Assembly: GCA_903868795.1 (NCBI GenBank)
Contig: CAIPWR010000048.1
Location: forward strand, 1 to 63,586
Origin: an uncultured Spartobacteria bacterium
Lineage (GTDB): Bacteria; Verrucomicrobiota; Verrucomicrobiia; Chthoniobacterales; UBA6821
Direction of reading: 5' to 3'
DNA: 63,586 nt
Shown here in pieces: positions 1 to 10,640 of the stretch. The notes below the pieces were generated by a model. That model was not told the origin of the DNA, did no database searches, and was given only the letters and a program-made list of their open reading frames with translations. Each line of letters begins with the position of its first letter. The first letter of the stretch is position 1. The position numbers and the translations under genes were made by a program.

Positions 1-140
1 CAGAACTTTCCAACTTTTGAGTATTCATCCCTTTGAGAAGGTTCCTATCCATGAACTACTTACAGAAACCGACTTCAAATCTTATATGCCTCAAGAAAAT
101 AACCAGTTGATGCTGTTAGACTTATAACCGGACGCTAGTG
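1..140 (+). mobile_element. 3' end of an IS4-family (DUF4372-type) insertion sequence: transposase C-terminus (frame from base 2, TAA at 125-127) plus right terminal repeat
   Basis: Frame 2 reads RTFQLLSIHPFEKVPIHELLTETDFKSYMPQENNQLMLLDL*, resembling the 'LQILS..LFEK.P...NQL.LF' tail of DUF4372/IS4 transposases. The stop runs into TAACCGGACGCTAGTG, similar to the ends of those elements. Truncated by the window edge. Confidence 0.7.
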
Positions 141-351
141 TCCCAATTTAGAAAACGCATGAAATGCTCCCCTTTGAAATATCGTAGAGAATCGGCTGAT
201 TGACAGTGCTCGGATATCACTCCAAATTTGCAAAATCAGGCGGGTATCAGATTGGCAAGGACGATGGCGTTTTTCATAAGCAGTTTTATTACAGTCTCTG
301 AATCCGAATTTATTTGTCGATAGATGGGGGAATGCGTTATCGAAAACATTG

Positions 352-2043
352 CTATTGGATCGGTTCTTTGACCCTTTCAAAAACCAGAACCCAATCCTGC
401 GGTGATGGAACATTTTTTTTGAAACTCACCGGCTTGGCCGTCGTGTCACCTGCTTTCGCTGTGGCTTTGATTGTTCCCTGGTCAAACTTCCGGCCCGTCG
501 CCGGATCGAAGTAGTAGGCATGCCAATCGACATCCGGCTCTAGATTCACAATCTCCGGACCATCCCAGTTGTATGGATTGCGACGCGGGAGGTAAATGAA
601 TCGCACCTCGCCTGGGATCCCGGCGGCATAGCAATTGGGTGCCCATTCCGGATGCGGCTCGAACCGCCACCACGGATATTGCTCCAGAAGTTTCTTGCCG
701 ATCCCCACCTGGGTTGAACCGGGATAGTTCATCCCTTCTTTCCAGGTCGTCCAGTCATAGGGCTGGCCATGCCATGCACCCCAATTTCCATGATCGCCTT
801 CCACTCCCGCAGGCCAGACCCCCGCCGCTCCATAGGTGTGGCCCGCCGCTCCGTTCAGCATATACATCCAGAAGATATGCCGCTGAATATCTCCGAATCC
901 CTGCTGCATGTGCCCCTCATAACATGTCTCACCACACAACACTGGCATGGTTGGCTTTTGTGCACAGACTGTGGTGAGAGCATTCAGCGTATCTTTCCCG
1001 AACAAGGCGTTTTCGCGGTGAAGCGCAATAATCATGTCGTAATCAATCACGGCGTCGTCGCCCGTTACGCCTTGGCGGAGTTTGGGACTGCCGACATGGC
1101 AAGTCAGTGGATGGTGGTAAGGGTCAATACTGCGCAGGTATTTTGCCACTTCAGCCCACGATCCCTTTCCCCATTTGGCTTCCTCCGGGATCTCACCGGC
1201 AAGAATCCACATCACCGGGTAAGCTCCGTAACGCGCAATCAGGTAACGCCAGTGCCGCTTGAGATTGACAGCCCCAAACGCTTTCATGCTGTCACAATCG
1301 CCTCGCCCCCATGCGCCGACGATCGCCGGAATAAGTCCCGAATCCACGAGATGTTTGATGCGTCTGTCCGCATACTCAAAATACTTTGGATTGATGACGC
1401 TTAAGTCCTTGGCCTGGTAAGGTTGGCCCCCTTCATTTTCCCAGCTTGGTTTGAAGAAATCTTCATCAGGATAAGGTCCACAGACAATCTGCACCACGGA
1501 GAATCCCTTGATCCTGCGGTCGGTGGTCAATTCCTGAAATCCTTCCCATGTCAGCCGTTTGGCCAACCCCTTCCACCAAGTGTCACCGAGCCAGAGAAAC
1601 GGCGTGCCGTCGGCGTGCTCGAAGTGATGATGATCCCCAGCCACGCGGAGAAATCCGTGCTGTAGCAGAGGATTCTTTCCAGTGTATCCAACAACCTGGA
1701 GCACATGCTCCTGTCCGTTCAGCCCGGCATCGGACTTGTCCGTGCTTTCAATGTGGTATTTGTATTCGCCTTGCGTCGGCGGCGCGAAACGAACCGTCCA
1801 TTTCCTTCCTCCCGCCCAGAAAGCCGGGACAATCCATTGTGTATTTCCCTGACTGAAGACGACATTGACCTCCGCTTCCTTAAAAGGGTTTGTGTAGTTC
1901 TTTGTGGACTCAAAGCTGGTTTCAAATACATCCCACTGACTACTCTGAGCAGACTGGTTGGGGGTAGTCGTATTGGCCTCAGTAGCAACCGCCGAAACAG
2001 TAAGTGCAGCGAGCAGTGCTGCGATGAGGTGAGGTGTTTTCAT
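352..2043 (-). CDS. Secreted DUF5060/DUF4038 (apiosidase-like TIM-barrel) glycoside hydrolase with a C-terminal 'collagen-binding'-type domain
   Basis: Signal peptide from MKTPHLIAALLAAL (ATG 2043 preferred over 2097). Motifs include DUF5060-like AFWAGGRKWTVRFAP, DGTPFLWLGDTWW, RYLIARYGA, WILAGE, GETCYEG, GHTYG and C-terminal DPATG...DWVLV. Confidence 0.8.
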   Translation of the reverse strand: MKTPHLIAALLAALTVSAVATEANTTTPNQSAQSSQWDVFETSFESTKNYTNPFKEAEVNVVFSQGNTQWIVPAFWAGGRKWTVRFAPPTQGEYKYHIESTDKSDAGLNGQEHVLQVVGYTGKNPLLQHGFLRVAGDHHHFEHADGTPFLWLGDTWWKGLAKRLTWEGFQELTTDRRIKGFSVVQIVCGPYPDEDFFKPSWENEGGQPYQAKDLSVINPKYFEYADRRIKHLVDSGLIPAIVGAWGRGDCDSMKAFGAVNLKRHWRYLIARYGAYPVMWILAGEIPEEAKWGKGSWAEVAKYLRSIDPYHHPLTCHVGSPKLRQGVTGDDAVIDYDMIIALHRENALFGKDTLNALTTVCAQKPTMPVLCGETCYEGHMQQGFGDIQRHIFWMYMLNGAAGHTYGAAGVWPAGVEGDHGNWGAWHGQPYDWTTWKEGMNYPGSTQVGIGKKLLEQYPWWRFEPHPEWAPNCYAAGIPGEVRFIYLPRRNPYNWDGPEIVNLEPDVDWHAYYFDPATGRKFDQGTIKATAKAGDTTAKPVSFKKNVPSPQDWVLVFERVKEPIQ

Positions 2044-2077
2044 ATACTGTGATTGGTAAATTGAATTCCCATAGGGA

Positions 2078-5000
2078 TCAGAGACGGATTCGGGCAAGTT
2101 CTGCTGGGGCTACATTCCAGCCCTCAATTCGGACAGACACTTCGTGTCCTTGGATTTTTTGGGAATCAAATTCTGCGGTCACATTCTTCGATTCCCCAGG
2201 GGTGAGGGAAATATAGTTGTCGGAATAAAACACAGGGGCTACCAGCTGACCCGTTAAAAGATCCACGAGCTTAATCCGCGTCATAAGGGCCACTCCGTTG
2301 GTGCCGTTTTGCAAATTGATCGAAAGTTTGCAGACATCTTTCTCCCGCTTTAGTGAAACGGTTCCAGTCGCTTTCACCTCATGCATCCCTGACAACGCTC
2401 GGTAGTCACCAATTTTACGGCTCTGCCAATAGAAGTTGTCAGACAAGCTCCTTCCTCTTGCGTCTTTGAGTTCCAGTTTAATGAAATAAGCGTCTGATAG
2501 ATCGTTCTTCGATTTTGTCGCATCGGAGTCTGCCTTATTCAATCGGAAGCAAGTGGTCGCCGCGTTGGCGGGGCAGCTCACCACGGCTGATTTTTGAGAA
2601 TACTCCTGTCCGTCCATCTGGTAGATTCGCGCCTGGACTTGCACCCCATTCAGGTTGGTAAATGTATTGTCGATGACTTTCACATTCCCCGAAACCATAT
2701 TCCACTGAATATGGATAGGCTCGCACGCCTTTCTACAGGCAAAGTACACGGCAGTCGGCTCGAAGTAGTAGTCGTAGGTGTTCCATGTCAACGAGGGCCA
2801 GACCGGATTGCTCATCCAGAGCATGATGCCTGAGCAATCATTCCACAACTTGTCGTTCCACCCCTCGAAGATGGCCTTGAATGTTTCCATGTTGACCATC
2901 TGGGCCTTGCGGCAGCAATCTTCGATACCTGTTGGTGCCCCATAGGCTGCAATTGCCTGTTCGGTGATCTTGCAAAAATAGGGACGAGGACTGTTGGCGA
3001 GGACTGTGCCTGTTCCCAGGATCATCGAGGTGAGTTCCGGTCGCATGAACCCGCTGTCATAAGCCCAGTCATGTGCTCCCCAGCCATCACCAATGGGCCA
3101 AAGTTGATCCCACGGCATCATGCGCCGCATACTCTCGACACATGGTATTGCCGGTGAGCCGACTTCGGTGCGCCAGCCTTTTGCCAGCTTCGTATAGAAT
3201 CGCGGCGTGAATGTTTCATAGGGGCCATCAGATCCCATTTCTGTCGAGTTATTGAGGTAGAGCCGCGTGCCGTCCAACTGTGAAACCAGTCCCGGCATCT
3301 TATCCTCCAGTCCCTTGCACGGACCGTCCTCATTGGCCGAACACCAGATGGCGACGCAGGCATGATTGCGCATCGCCAGTAGTTTGTCCCGGGCGTTTGC
3401 GAGGAACATTGGAACATTATCCGGCGGCCTGCCGTGGTTGGACCAGAATTCGTCAAACACCATCAACCCGTATTCGTCGCACAAGTCGTAGAAATCCTCC
3501 TTGGCCACATTGCCCAAGCAGTTGCGAATCATGGTGAAATTCATTTCTCGTTCCAACCGCAGTCGCGTTTCGAATCCCGCATGGTCGCACCGCAACATTC
3601 CTTCATCCATGCCCCAGTTGACGCCCTTGACCATGATCTTCCGACCATTACACAGGATGGTCTGCGGATCTTTGAGGTAAGTGAATTTCCGGATGCCAAT
3701 CTTTGACTTTTTGGTATCGGTAATGACTCCATTGTCTTTCTCGAAGCAAATCGTGAGATTGTAGAGATGTGGGTCGCCATAGCCATTGGGCCACCAGAGC
3801 TTTGGATTGGCTATGGAAAGAGAGGGCTGGGTTGTCTTGTCAATTGTGACCTCGATTTCTTGATTGGCCCCGACTTGTACCTTCTTCTCAAAGGCAATGT
3901 CGCCGATGCTGCCGCGCACTGTACCGCTGCACGAGGTCGCAGAGTTATTCCTTACCGATGCCTTGATTGTAAGGTCAGCGCGAGAAAGATCCGGGAGCAG
4001 GGGCAGTTCAGTAATGACAAACGGATTTGCGAGGGTGACATCACCGCTGGTGCTTAACCAGACCTTGTTCCAGACGCCGATGTTCCGGTCGGCAATGCAC
4101 GGTATCCAATCCCAGCCGCCTGATTCGACAAAACATGGGGCGTTGGGTTCCAGGAATCTACAGAAACATTCCTCGATGGACTTGGCTACTGAGTCGAGTG
4201 ATTTTGGCAATGGCTGAACCAGTATGGCAATGCAATTTGTTGCACCTGGCACGAGCTTTCCGGTGAGATCAAATTTACCAATTGCAAACGCGCCTTCCGT
4301 CGTGCCGACAGCAGAGCCATTCACAAAAATTTCCCCGCAGTGGTTAATGCCATCACAGTTCAACCAAATCCGTTTTTCTCGATAGCTTTCTGGAATCACT
4401 AATTCCATCCGATACCACCACTTACTTCGACAAAACCAATCGGACACCTGTTGCTGCTGATTCCCATAGAATGGATCAGGAATGGCCCCATCGTTCAGAT
4501 ACGAGGTCAGCACTGTGCCAGGCACGGTTGCAGGCAACCATCGGTGGTCATCAAAACCGATTCGGGAGATGACAGCGGCGTCATTCGTTTCATAGTTCTG
4601 GCTGACAAGCCGCCAGTTGCCGGAGAGATTCCATGTACCATCTCCTGCCGGAGGTGGAAGCGGAGCCGGCGTTGCCACTACCCCGCCACTGCCATACACC
4701 TCAAACTCGTTCAACTCGATGCCTTCGGGCAAACCCTGATCCTGCTCTGGACACCACAACCTGACATAGCGCTCCTTGACCGGCGTTAGTGGAATTTTAT
4801 CAACACCGCCTAGACAGTCCGATTTGATGGCAATATCCCGCCAATTTTCGACACGGCCTGTCTGTGGAGATGGTGCGGCATCGGTCGAAGCTTGAATCTG
4901 GTATTTCGCCGGGAAGAGACCTCCCCATTTCAACACAACCTTGTTGACCATGCACTCCGCTCCCAGATCCACCGTGATCCAGGTCTGATCGCTCACGTGG

Positions 5001-5249
5001 ATTCTCGGCAAACTGTGCCACTTGGTTTCGGGGCGTCCATCCGTGGCCATATGTCCCATGTTGATCCAGTCGGCTGAGCCCGAGGTATAGGCGGCGCGGT
5101 TCAGCGCGAGATTATGATCCTGTTCTCCCCCCGTGAGGCGTTGCTAGGGGGGTGGGGGAGGGCGCAGGGTCAGCAGGAGCATTGGTCTCTCCGGCTAAGA
5201 GCGATGATGCCGTAAGGGCGATGCCAAAAAACCTAAGCAAAGAGATCAT
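2078..5249 (-). pseudogene. GH2 beta-mannosidase-like enzyme with an N-terminal F5/8 (discoidin/CBM32-like) domain; one-base frameshift near the 5' end (continuous ORF 2078-5059)
   Basis: GH2 motifs VPGTVL, DGIN, GWDW, PKLWWPNGYGDPHLY, WCSANE (acid/base) and TEVG (nucleophile). ATG at 5249 encodes a signal peptide but stops at 5112-5114. The main frame continues upstream of 5059 as QDHNLALNRAAYTS. Removing one base from the C6 run at 5127-5132 joins the two frames. Could be a sequencing error rather than a true pseudogene. Confidence 0.75.
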
Positions 5250-5309
5250 TGTTATTATAGGGTTATGAAGATAGGTGCGGTGGTAGAGCGGGGGAGGGAA
5301 AAAGCATTT

Positions 5310-8300
5310 CTAAGGAGCTACGAGTCGGAAGGCCCAAGAGCCGAAAGCTCCTTTTTCCCGTCCCACGAGCCCCATGATGACAAAGCGGCCAGAGTGAGGA
5401 TGAGTGAAGGGATAGTAGGTGGGCCTGAGTCCGTCTGGTTCGGCAATTTTCAGGGTCTCATCAGGAGGTGTCGTTGGCGGAGTTGCTGAGGCTCCGGGAT
5501 CTTTATCGTAGAACCAGAGGTTGACTTGTTGCAGTTTATTGGTTGGCGGTGTCGCGTTAAACCAAGGTCGTCCAAAGACGACTCCTCGCGAGGGGAGAGA
5601 TTTTCCATAATCACTCCAAAGCATGATGGGAGCAGGCGCGGTCTTTGTCTCTTGGGGCTTTGTTTCGGATGGCGCCACGGCAGGAGCATTCGTAGCGACA
5701 AGATCAGAACTCCATAGGCCAGTAAAAATATCGCCTCTGAGTCTTTTGTAATGATCCTTGGAGGGCAGACTTGGCATGTTGATAGCTGTAGGAACAGGCA
5801 GAAAGATCAGCGGCTTCGGTGGTTGCCCCACATGAATCATAGCGGAGGTTTCCCCTTCTTGATTGGGAACACTCACGGAGATTTTGTGATCGCCTGGAGT
5901 TAATCCCGTGAAAGATACCGTCGTCTGCCCAGGTTGAGTTCCCTTCAAATTGAGATGAACGAAACGGTCTAGTTGACCATCAACCTTCACCGCAAGAGGC
6001 CACGAAGTGTAGCGATCGCTGGAGGTTCCGGTATTTACACAGGAGATGGCTACTGTAGGAAGATGACGACGATCAGGGGCCTGAGTTACGGATAGGATCT
6101 TAATGGAAAGAGGAATACTCACTCCTGTGGTTGCAACGATTTCCTTGGGGATCACATTGAAACCCTCAACCATGAGATGAGGTTCCGTTTTTTCCAAGAG
6201 AGCTGTGCGGAAGCTGAGGGAAAGGTCTCGCTTCTCATGAGGCATCAGGGTGAGTGCATTATCCGACCAGAAGCTTGGGAGGACTTCCTGTCCCTGTGCG
6301 CCTTTGAGTACTTCCACCCAGACATTGGCTGCTGGTGTCGAGGAGGTATTTTCGACGGTGATCGAATACGAAGTCTCAGCATCTTTGGTTTCCTGTTTTG
6401 TGACCGTGGCTGTCACAGTTGCTGGAGCCAGCGTCTGCATCGTCGTCCAAACCTGATCCTTTTGGACCCAACGGACATCGCGATCCTGCACCACTCCATT
6501 AGTATCGGTAAGAGTGAGAGCGAGGAAGTGGAGTTTGTCATCATTAAACTCTTCTGCGAGTGATCCCACCGGAGTCGTCGCATCAGCCAAGGCATCGACC
6601 ACAAATTCTTTGGTAAATTCTGTCGCACCTGTTGGACTGACAATCTCAGCTTTCACCTTGAGTTTCTGCGGAACGGACAGCGTACTCTCCAACTGTAGTG
6701 CATTGTCATCAAGGCTGTGCTGGATATGTAGCGGTTTGCAGGCGGCCTTCATTCCATAATACCCCGCATTGGGTCGCAGATACCAATCCCACAACTGGTA
6801 GGGCATACTTGGCCAAGCGGTATTGACCTTCCACAAATGCGTGCCTGCATTATACGGGCGTCCCTTGTTGGCCGCCTCGTAAATAGCACGGTAGCTTGCC
6901 CCAGTATAGAGATCGGCTACCCAGAGATATTCAGCAAGATCTGGCATCGGCCCAAAGTTTTTTCCAATTTCTGAGTGGGTAACATTAATGAAAACATCGG
7001 TGCCATCGTGGAAGCCGAAGGTTTTATTGAACGGAAAATCCAAGTCGTTCGGTTGATTCCAATCAGGAATGGCCTTGGCCACAGAATTCATCGGCATGAA
7101 GCAGGCCAGGCCGATTTCGTTTTTGCTGGCATTGCCGTGGTTATACATCGAGAAATAATTTTTTATCGGCACCCACCCATAAGGGCCATGAGACTGCATA
7201 TGAGGATTCGGTGCCCATGTGTCGTCGGCTGCCATACTGCAAGGTACCCAAGGACGGGTTCCATCCATTGCTGGCAGGATAAAATTCTGCATTGGTCTGG
7301 CCCAGTTGGCCTTGGGAGCGGTTTCGTTTTCTCCCTCCCAGAGCATCAGGCTGGGATGACTCCTCATGCGATCAATCGTATCGGTCATGTTCTCAATCAT
7401 CACCTGAGGATCTCCATGATAACCTTGGATAGAGGTGCTGGCCAAATCCTCCCAGACCAGTAGGCCGTTGCGATCGCAGGCATCGAAAAATGCTTCGGGC
7501 GGCATGATGCTACAGCCATTAACACGAACAACCGTATGGTTTCCTTCGGCCATCAAACGCACTTCGTCACGATAGCGTTGAGCACTCCAACTCAACAGGG
7601 TGTCGGCTATCCAAGCTCCACCAGTGAGTCGGATGGTACGGCCATTGCAGAGAAACGCCCTGCCTCCGCTTGGGAGGATGTAGCTTCCGACAGTGCGCAC
7701 ACCCAGAAGTGAGGAGGCAGTGCCCGAGACTTTCCCGTCAACCGTAGAAGTGACTGTCAGTTTATAGAGGGGGTGATCTCCATAAGTGACGGGCCACCAG
7801 ACATGGGGATTAGCAATCACCAGTTCGTGATGATCCGAGGGGTGGAGAATGAACTCATGCCGACCTGGCGCGGCATCTAGAGTTGTCTGCATCTCGATGA
7901 CCGAGGCCTGGAATCCAATCGGCTCGATTCGCACCGTGAGTGTTGTTGGGACGGTGGCCATCGAGGCATTGTCGAGATAGCCTCGCACTGTGATGGGGGC
8001 ATCTGCATTCGGCTCCCAGTGAGGATCAACGAACCCAGCCGGATCGCGTACAGCGACGGGGCCGGTCGCCTCGACCCAGACATGTTGCCAGAGGCCGATG
8101 TTGCGGTCGCGCACGCTCGGAGTCCAATCCCAGCCAATGGTCTGATACATCGTGACATTTTTTAAAATGTCACCATCGCCACCATTCGAACCAAATGCGC
8201 CATGCAGGCCGTCGAGTTGCTCAAAAAGCGGATCGCCAGGAAAATCCAGCGGATGAATGCGGACTGCAAGAGTATTTACTCCGCCGATCTTAGCTTCCTT

Positions 8301-8906
8301 AGTAATGTCAAAGCGGAAGCGTTCAAACATTCCCACAACATCCTTGGCATCGGCGATTTGTTTGCCGTTGAGCCAGATATCGGCGCGGTAATTGATGCCA
8401 TCGAGATGAAGCCAGATTATTTTTCCCTGATCGTTAGCAGGAAGCTGGAATGAGGTGCGGAACCAGTATGGCCGGTCAAAGGGATTGGAATGATCGGGAA
8501 GATGACTGTATTTGAGCAAATCATAACGCTTATTTTCGACTTCATTGACATCGGGAATTTTCATCATGTTGGTGCCGATGATCGGATCAGGATAGATGCC
8601 GTGGCGCACCAAGGTCGCAAGAGGGGTGGTGGGAACCGTGGTTGGATACCAGTCGGAGACCGAAAATGATGGGGATGAAAACTTCTCGCCATGATTTCCG
8701 GCAATGGCCTCTTCCTTCATCTGCCAGTTGTCATGCAGGACGATGGCGTTGGATGAAACCGCTCCGAGCGGCTCGGCATCCACCGCAGGGAAAGAGATAA
8801 CGGGAGTGGCAGTTGAAGCGGAACGCGCCGAAATCCCTCCCATGACGCAGAGAAAAGAAAGGAGAAGGGAGATGCTTTTAGTGAGGCTTGAGCACGGGGG
8901 GATCAT
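5310..8906 (-). CDS. Secreted GH2 beta-mannosidase-like enzyme with a ~270-aa C-terminal extension
   Basis: Signal peptide; LDGINYRA, IGWDWTP, WWPVTYGDHPLY, WEGENE, KNEIG, and the Ig-like tail PSFWSDNALTLMP. Confidence 0.85.
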   Translation of the reverse strand: MIPPCSSLTKSISLLLSFLCVMGGISARSASTATPVISFPAVDAEPLGAVSSNAIVLHDNWQMKEEAIAGNHGEKFSSPSFSVSDWYPTTVPTTPLATLVRHGIYPDPIIGTNMMKIPDVNEVENKRYDLLKYSHLPDHSNPFDRPYWFRTSFQLPANDQGKIIWLHLDGINYRADIWLNGKQIADAKDVVGMFERFRFDITKEAKIGGVNTLAVRIHPLDFPGDPLFEQLDGLHGAFGSNGGDGDILKNVTMYQTIGWDWTPSVRDRNIGLWQHVWVEATGPVAVRDPAGFVDPHWEPNADAPITVRGYLDNASMATVPTTLTVRIEPIGFQASVIEMQTTLDAAPGRHEFILHPSDHHELVIANPHVWWPVTYGDHPLYKLTVTSTVDGKVSGTASSLLGVRTVGSYILPSGGRAFLCNGRTIRLTGGAWIADTLLSWSAQRYRDEVRLMAEGNHTVVRVNGCSIMPPEAFFDACDRNGLLVWEDLASTSIQGYHGDPQVMIENMTDTIDRMRSHPSLMLWEGENETAPKANWARPMQNFILPAMDGTRPWVPCSMAADDTWAPNPHMQSHGPYGWVPIKNYFSMYNHGNASKNEIGLACFMPMNSVAKAIPDWNQPNDLDFPFNKTFGFHDGTDVFINVTHSEIGKNFGPMPDLAEYLWVADLYTGASYRAIYEAANKGRPYNAGTHLWKVNTAWPSMPYQLWDWYLRPNAGYYGMKAACKPLHIQHSLDDNALQLESTLSVPQKLKVKAEIVSPTGATEFTKEFVVDALADATTPVGSLAEEFNDDKLHFLALTLTDTNGVVQDRDVRWVQKDQVWTTMQTLAPATVTATVTKQETKDAETSYSITVENTSSTPAANVWVEVLKGAQGQEVLPSFWSDNALTLMPHEKRDLSLSFRTALLEKTEPHLMVEGFNVIPKEIVATTGVSIPLSIKILSVTQAPDRRHLPTVAISCVNTGTSSDRYTSWPLAVKVDGQLDRFVHLNLKGTQPGQTTVSFTGLTPGDHKISVSVPNQEGETSAMIHVGQPPKPLIFLPVPTAINMPSLPSKDHYKRLRGDIFTGLWSSDLVATNAPAVAPSETKPQETKTAPAPIMLWSDYGKSLPSRGVVFGRPWFNATPPTNKLQQVNLWFYDKDPGASATPPTTPPDETLKIAEPDGLRPTYYPFTHPHSGRFVIMGLVGREKGAFGSWAFRLVAP

Positions 8907-8944
8907 GGATGTATTTCATACTTGCCTATTTTACTCAGCGCAAG

Positions 8945-8962
8945 CATTTGTATAAACAAATG
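8945..8962. promoter_or_regulatory. Candidate GntR/HutC-subfamily operator CATTTGTATAAACAAATG
   Basis: 18-bp near-perfect palindrome with core GTATAAAC (GTNTANAC, HutC-subfamily consensus). It lies in the ~53-bp divergent gap and overlaps the regulator's ATG. Confidence 0.65.
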
Positions 8963-9694
8963 AATGTTCGAACAATTCATCGAGCGGCTCCCATTCATCT
9001 CCAAATCGAGGGAAAATTGCGCCAAATGATAGCACTGAAGAAATATCAACAGGGAGCCCTTTTCCCTGATGAAGTGAGGCTTGCCGAGAGTTTTAAGGTG
9101 AGCCGAGGAACACTACGCGCTGCACTCACCCGTCTCGTGAATAAAGGACTTCTGGAACGAAAGGCGGGTGTAGGAACACGCGTGGCAAGAGTTCGTCCCT
9201 CGGAATCAGGAATTCGCGAGTGGCGCAGTTTTTCCCAGGAGATGGAGGCCAAGGGGATTCAGGTTGAGAATTTTCTGCAAAAATATGAGCTCGTAAAACC
9301 GAGCAGGGAGGCCGAGCAGGCTCTTGTGCTGAAGGCAGACAGCCTCGTGTATCGCCTTGATCGTGTGCGAGGATGTGATGGGATTCCCGTGCTTCACTCT
9401 CGATCCTGGTTTCATCCACGACTCGGACTTTCGGGAAAGGAGCAATTCGATCGACCTCTTTATGAACTGATCGCGTCTGAGACGGGTGCAAAAATAGGAT
9501 GTGCGCATGAGGAGTTCAGGGCCGAGATCGCTACGCCTCTCATGGCAAATCTACTGCATGTGGAAAAAGGTGAGCCGCTTCTCCTTCGCCGCCACACAGT
9601 CTTTGATACCGAGAACCGCCCGATGGAATTTGCCGAGGTTCGTTATGTGAGTAATCGCTTCACACTGACACTCGATCTGAAGAGGGAGATGTGA
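8960..9694 (+). CDS. GntR-family (HutC/UTRA) transcriptional regulator
   Basis: wHTH 'PDEVRLAESFKVSRGTLRAAL...G.LERKAGVGTRV' plus a UTRA-type C-terminus. ATG 8960 preferred because the 8888 start overlaps the divergent gene. Confidence 0.9.
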   Translation: MNVRTIHRAAPIHLQIEGKLRQMIALKKYQQGALFPDEVRLAESFKVSRGTLRAALTRLVNKGLLERKAGVGTRVARVRPSESGIREWRSFSQEMEAKGIQVENFLQKYELVKPSREAEQALVLKADSLVYRLDRVRGCDGIPVLHSRSWFHPRLGLSGKEQFDRPLYELIASETGAKIGCAHEEFRAEIATPLMANLLHVEKGEPLLLRRHTVFDTENRPMEFAEVRYVSNRFTLTLDLKREM

Positions 9695-10638
9695 TGATAC
9701 TCGTTGCTGATTTTGGAGGGACAACAATCAAGCTGGGACTTGTCCAGGATACCCAGATTATTGCAAAAACACGACTTGATGCTCTTGCGAATCATCCGAT
9801 GCAAGATCGTCTGGAGGCTGTAGCCAAGTCATGGGAAAGCCTCTTGCAAGAACAGTCTCGTTCCTTGAAAGATTGTATCGGTGTTGCCCTCGCGCTTCCT
9901 TTCATAGTGGATGTTCGAAATTCCAGGGTTTGTGGGGAATTTGGAAAATTTCCGGGTGCTAGCGAGATCGACTTTTCTGAATGGAGTCAATCGCGCTTAG
10001 GTCTTCCCCTTGTGATGGAAAATGATCTCCGCCTGGCTCTTTTAGGTGAATCGGTAGTTGGTTCGGCAAAGGATAACGAGCATGTGGTGATGCTGGCCAT
10101 TGGGACTGGAATTGGATGTGCGGTAATTTCTGGCGGCCGACTTTTTCACGGGGCCAATAACCGCGCCGCCTCCCTTCTAGGTCATAGCTGCATTGCCTAT
10201 AACGGGAGTGTCGGACGATGTGGTAATATTGGCTGCGCTGAGGATCTGGCCTCTACCGCCACGCTTGGCGAACTGGCAAAATCGCACCCTGATTTTACGG
10301 AGAGTTCCCTGTCTCGTGCAGCAAGAATTGATTACGAAACAGTGTTTGCCTTGGCGGAAGTTGGAGATGTCTGCTCGCTAGGAGTTCGGGATCAAAGTCT
10401 CACTATCTGGGCAACACTCGTGCAGAATGCCGTGCTTGCTTATGACCCTGAACTTGTTGTTCTAGGGGGAGGAGTTCTTAAAAGCCAGGAAATCATCCTT
10501 CCTGCGATCCGAGAACATTTGCGTCGTTATATGCCGTGCATTCCTTGGGAGATACCCATCGTGGCCGCGACACTGGGAGATGATGCAGCACTCATCGGGG
10601 GAGAGGCTTTGTTCCGGCAAATCCACCTAAAACAATAA
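9691..10638 (+). CDS. ROK-family sugar kinase
   Basis: DFGGTTIK ATP motif, END, GTGIG, and the Zn motif GH...CGNIGCAE. No HTH. Start overlaps the regulator stop (GTGA). Confidence 0.9.
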   Translation: MMILVADFGGTTIKLGLVQDTQIIAKTRLDALANHPMQDRLEAVAKSWESLLQEQSRSLKDCIGVALALPFIVDVRNSRVCGEFGKFPGASEIDFSEWSQSRLGLPLVMENDLRLALLGESVVGSAKDNEHVVMLAIGTGIGCAVISGGRLFHGANNRAASLLGHSCIAYNGSVGRCGNIGCAEDLASTATLGELAKSHPDFTESSLSRAARIDYETVFALAEVGDVCSLGVRDQSLTIWATLVQNAVLAYDPELVVLGGGVLKSQEIILPAIREHLRRYMPCIPWEIPIVAATLGDDAALIGGEALFRQIHLKQ

Positions 10639-10640
10639 TC

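Noticed and set aside
135-351. Possible second IS end (CTAGTGTCCCAATTTAGAAAACGCATG) and short ORFs 135-413 and 314-514
   Set aside because: No partner repeat or transposase is visible and the ORFs lack motifs, so it cannot be supported.
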